This document shows, one piece after another, positions 58,369 to 64,000 of a DNA stretch of 64,000 nucleotides. The position numbers were made by a program, and so were the translations under genes. Origin of the DNA: Chloroflexota bacterium (GTDB lineage Bacteria > Chloroflexota > Anaerolineae > Caldilineales > Caldilineaceae); the NCBI GenBank assembly GCA_018969295.1, contig JAGWYN010000020.1, forward strand, positions 1,919-65,918, given 5' to 3'. The notes under the pieces are model-generated. The model saw only the letters and a list, made by a program, of their open reading frames with translations. It did no database searches and was not told where the DNA came from. Positions within the stretch are counted from its first letter, which is position 1. Every line of letters starts with the position of its first letter.

Positions 58369-61185
58369 TCAGGTTGGCTGTCGAGCAGGACGGTATGGGT
58401 AGGAAAACCAATAGTTCCCCGCCCCGACCTCCAGCCGGGTGTCCGCCCCCACCTGCACTGGGTGGGAGACCCCCGGCGCAGCGGTCAGGGGCAGGTCGCT
58501 TTCCCTGACCGTCTCCAGCCGGGCGTTGGGCAGCTGTACGGTCGCCCAGGCATTGGCCGGCACCGTGACCTCCATCTGCAACTGGCCCGCCTCGATCGAC
58601 CAGCCCGAAACAATCAGCCCACGTGTCGAGGCGTAGGTGGCGCGCGCAGACTGCAGCCCCCCCCCAGGCAGCGGACGGATGGAAATCTGACGATAGCCTG
58701 GCTCGGCAGCCTCGATCCCGGCTACCTTGCGGTATAAAAATTCGACCACCGCCCCGGGGCTGTAATGGTTGAGCGACATCTGCGGTGTTCCATCTGGGCC
58801 GATCCCCTCCCACGTTTCCCAGACTGTCGTCGCACCCTGGGTGACTGCGTAGAGCCAGGAGGGAATCGTCGTCTGCATCAACAGGTCATAGGCAACATCC
58901 AGGTAGCCTTGCTCTGCCAGCACCGGGCAGAGCAGGACAGTGGAGAGAAAACCGGTGCCGATATGGTTGCCGGCCGCCCGAATCAGGCGGACCAGATGGC
59001 CAGCAACCGCCGGTTTGAGCGCCGCTGGAACGAGATCGAACGCCAACACGCGCACATACGACGCCTGGCGGTCGGGCTCGATCCGCCCGTCGGGTCCGAC
59101 AAATTCTTCGCAGTAGACCGTTTTGACCTGGTCGGCCAGGCGTTGATAGCGATCGGCCTCTGTCTGCCTGTCCAACGCGGCAGCTGTCCAGGCCAACACT
59201 TGGGCAGAACGGGCGTAGTAGGCAGTAGCTACTTCTGGAGCCCCCAAAATCAGCCGCTGCAGCATGCCTGCAGCCACCTTCAGCTGAGAGCCATCTCCTG
59301 GCTCCAGCCATTCGCCCCACTGGTAGCCGGTATCCCAGATCCACTGCTGCCGCTCCCGGGTCTGTGGATTGGACCAGAAGCGTGGGTGGAGGCGTCGGGC
59401 CCAGTTGACTTGGCGGGCTCTGGTCTGGACATAGTCCAGCCACTTTTGCATGCTGGCGTACTGACGTTCGAGCAGCCGCACGTCTCCGTATGCCTGGTAG
59501 AGCGCCCAGGGCATCAGCGTGGTGACGTCCCCCCAGCCCGCTGAACCGTTGATCAAGTTGAGAAAATGGGCCAGAGGTTCCTGAGCCACCCGGTACGGGT
59601 TGGGCACAAAATTGCCCACCATTCCGTTCGGCAGCTGTTCCAGACAGAGATCTTGCAGCCATTTGCCCAAAAAAGCCCGTGTATCCATCAGCAACGACGC
59701 CGACGGGGCAAAGATCTGCGCGTCCCCGGTCCAGCCGGCCCGCTCTCGTTGGGGGCAGTCGGTGGGAATGTCCAGGAAATTGCCTTTCATGCTCCACTGC
59801 ACGTTGTGGTGGAGCTGGTTGAGCAGCGGCTCCGAACAGGTGAAATGGCCTGTAAACGGCATGTCGCTGTAGATCGCAACCGCACAGAAGTCATGTGGTT
59901 GTGGGTCGCCGGGATGGCCTTCCAGTTTGACATACCGAAACCCATGCACGGTGAAGCGTGGTTCGTAGGTCTCTTCGCCGTCTCCTTTCAAGATGTAGCA
60001 GATCTCCTGAAAAGGAGGCTGTCGTTTAGGGTTGCCGACGAGGAGGTGATCCACGGTGAAGTTGCCGTCTTTGCCCAAAGTTTCGCCATGGCTGAGGCGG
60101 ACGACTGTTCCAGCAGGGCCGCGCACAGTCATGCGGACGACCCCTGCCAGGTTCTGACCGAAGTCCAGGACGGTTTCGCCGTTGGGGGTGTGTAGAATTT
60201 GGGGGGGGAAGCGTTCCTGGCGCCGCACGGGGACCCCCAACGACGCCACCAGCCGGTGGCTGGGGCGCGGCACAACCCGCACCCCCTGCCAGGCTGCTGC
60301 GTCGTAGCCGGCCACGCACCAGCCTGGCAGCTCCCGTCTGGCGTCGTAGATTTCTCCTTCTCGCATATCTGATTTTATCAGCGGGCCTGTGGTGGCCCGC
60401 CAGCCAGCATCGCTGCCGACAACCTGGGTCGACCCGTCCGCCAAGACGAGCTGGAGCTGGGCCAACAGGGCCAGCCGGGTGCCGTAAACGTTGCGCGAAC
60501 CAGCCACATAGATCCGACCACGGTACCAGCCATCCCCCAAAATTGCGCCCAACACATTTTCTCCGGGCTGCAGCAGGGCGGTCACATCGTAGACCTGGTA
60601 CTGCAGGCGCTCGTTGTAGGCGGTATAGCCAGGGGTAAAAAGCTGGTCGCCTACCCGTTGGCCGTTCAGCCAGGCTTCGTAAAGACCATGTGCCGTGATG
60701 AGGAGCCGGGCCGTTCGCACTGGCTTTTCGAGCCGGAACGGCCGGCGCAGGAAAGGACAGGGATGCAGGATTTTGGGATCCTCGTCCCAACCCGCCTCGA
60801 TCCAGTTGGCTTTCCACTCCTGGGCATCCAACAATCCCATCTCCCACCAACTCGCTGCACTCCATCCTGAGCACCGGCCACCCTGGTCCCAGACCCGGAC
60901 CCGCCAGTGGTACCGTTGGCCGGAGTCGGCCACCCATGTGGCGGGCAGGGTCAGGCTGAGCGCATCAGACTGCACGTGACCTGAATCCCACAGCAGTCCT
61001 TGTTCGCCGTCAAACGAGTCGGTGCAGGTCACCTGCACCTGGTAGCCACTCTGGCGGGCACCCCGTCCGGGTGCAACCACCTGCCAGCTTAGCTGGGGCT
61101 GGCGCACGTCGATCCCCAAGGGGGTCTCCAATGCCTCGGTGCGCAGCATTCTGGGGGTCAGCGCATCCGTGTGGGTCTGTTCCAT
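58369..61185 (-). CDS. Alpha-L-rhamnosidase (GH78)
   Basis: PLGID...LSW, ITAHGLY, LDFGQNL, IPTDCPQRERAGWTGD, TTVWETW, SLNHYS.G. Confidence 0.93.
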   Translation of the reverse strand: MEQTHTDALTPRMLRTEALETPLGIDVRQPQLSWQVVAPGRGARQSGYQVQVTCTDSFDGEQGLLWDSGHVQSDALSLTLPATWVADSGQRYHWRVRVWDQGGRCSGWSAASWWEMGLLDAQEWKANWIEAGWDEDPKILHPCPFLRRPFRLEKPVRTARLLITAHGLYEAWLNGQRVGDQLFTPGYTAYNERLQYQVYDVTALLQPGENVLGAILGDGWYRGRIYVAGSRNVYGTRLALLAQLQLVLADGSTQVVGSDAGWRATTGPLIKSDMREGEIYDARRELPGWCVAGYDAAAWQGVRVVPRPSHRLVASLGVPVRRQERFPPQILHTPNGETVLDFGQNLAGVVRMTVRGPAGTVVRLSHGETLGKDGNFTVDHLLVGNPKRQPPFQEICYILKGDGEETYEPRFTVHGFRYVKLEGHPGDPQPHDFCAVAIYSDMPFTGHFTCSEPLLNQLHHNVQWSMKGNFLDIPTDCPQRERAGWTGDAQIFAPSASLLMDTRAFLGKWLQDLCLEQLPNGMVGNFVPNPYRVAQEPLAHFLNLINGSAGWGDVTTLMPWALYQAYGDVRLLERQYASMQKWLDYVQTRARQVNWARRLHPRFWSNPQTRERQQWIWDTGYQWGEWLEPGDGSQLKVAAGMLQRLILGAPEVATAYYARSAQVLAWTAAALDRQTEADRYQRLADQVKTVYCEEFVGPDGRIEPDRQASYVRVLAFDLVPAALKPAVAGHLVRLIRAAGNHIGTGFLSTVLLCPVLAEQGYLDVAYDLLMQTTIPSWLYAVTQGATTVWETWEGIGPDGTPQMSLNHYSPGAVVEFLYRKVAGIEAAEPGYRQISIRPLPGGGLQSARATYASTRGLIVSGWSIEAGQLQMEVTVPANAWATVQLPNARLETVRESDLPLTAAPGVSHPVQVGADTRLEVGAGNYWFSYPYRPARQPT

Positions 61186-61243
61186 TCCGCCTCCTTGGTT
61201 ATACGCATCTTTCATCTGCTGGGCACAAACCTGGCCGCGCCGG

Positions 61244-64000
<2,757 letters not shown>

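Overview
GC-rich (about 62-65% by eye) bacterial chromosome segment. It is most likely Chloroflexota (Caldilineae/Anaerolineae-like); this is inferred from the C-terminal 'IYLPAVQR' motif, the lipoprotein solute-binding proteins and the gene content. About 50 genes are densely packed. They include housekeeping genes (ftsH, gyrB, murA, sua5/tsaC, flavodoxin, ferredoxin, tRNA-Arg(CCT)), nucleotide-cleaning hydrolases, carbohydrate enzymes (GH1, GH13 amylopullulanase, GH78), a ygeY-carbamate kinase pair, an Opp-type ABC operon and a 5'-truncated molybdenum hydroxylase. No CRISPR array, integrase or transposase was seen. The strongest candidate for an undescribed system is the coupled operon at 36.6-43.0 kb. 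It encodes an XPB (Rad25-type) helicase followed by two paralogous large proteins, one carrying a SWIM zinc finger. Their C-terminal halves resemble the XPB N-terminal domain / TFIIH p52 (Tfb2) 'clutch' fold, suggesting a bacterial XPB-p52-like complex. Other notable items: a degenerate Vsr/DUF559-like domain fused to a UvrD/PcrA-type Tudor domain, a low-GC exoD islet beside an unannotated P-type ATPase remnant, MurA with the fosfomycin-resistance Cys-to-Asp change, and five short tandem duplications sitting at gene ends. All family calls come from motif recognition by eye; no searches were run.
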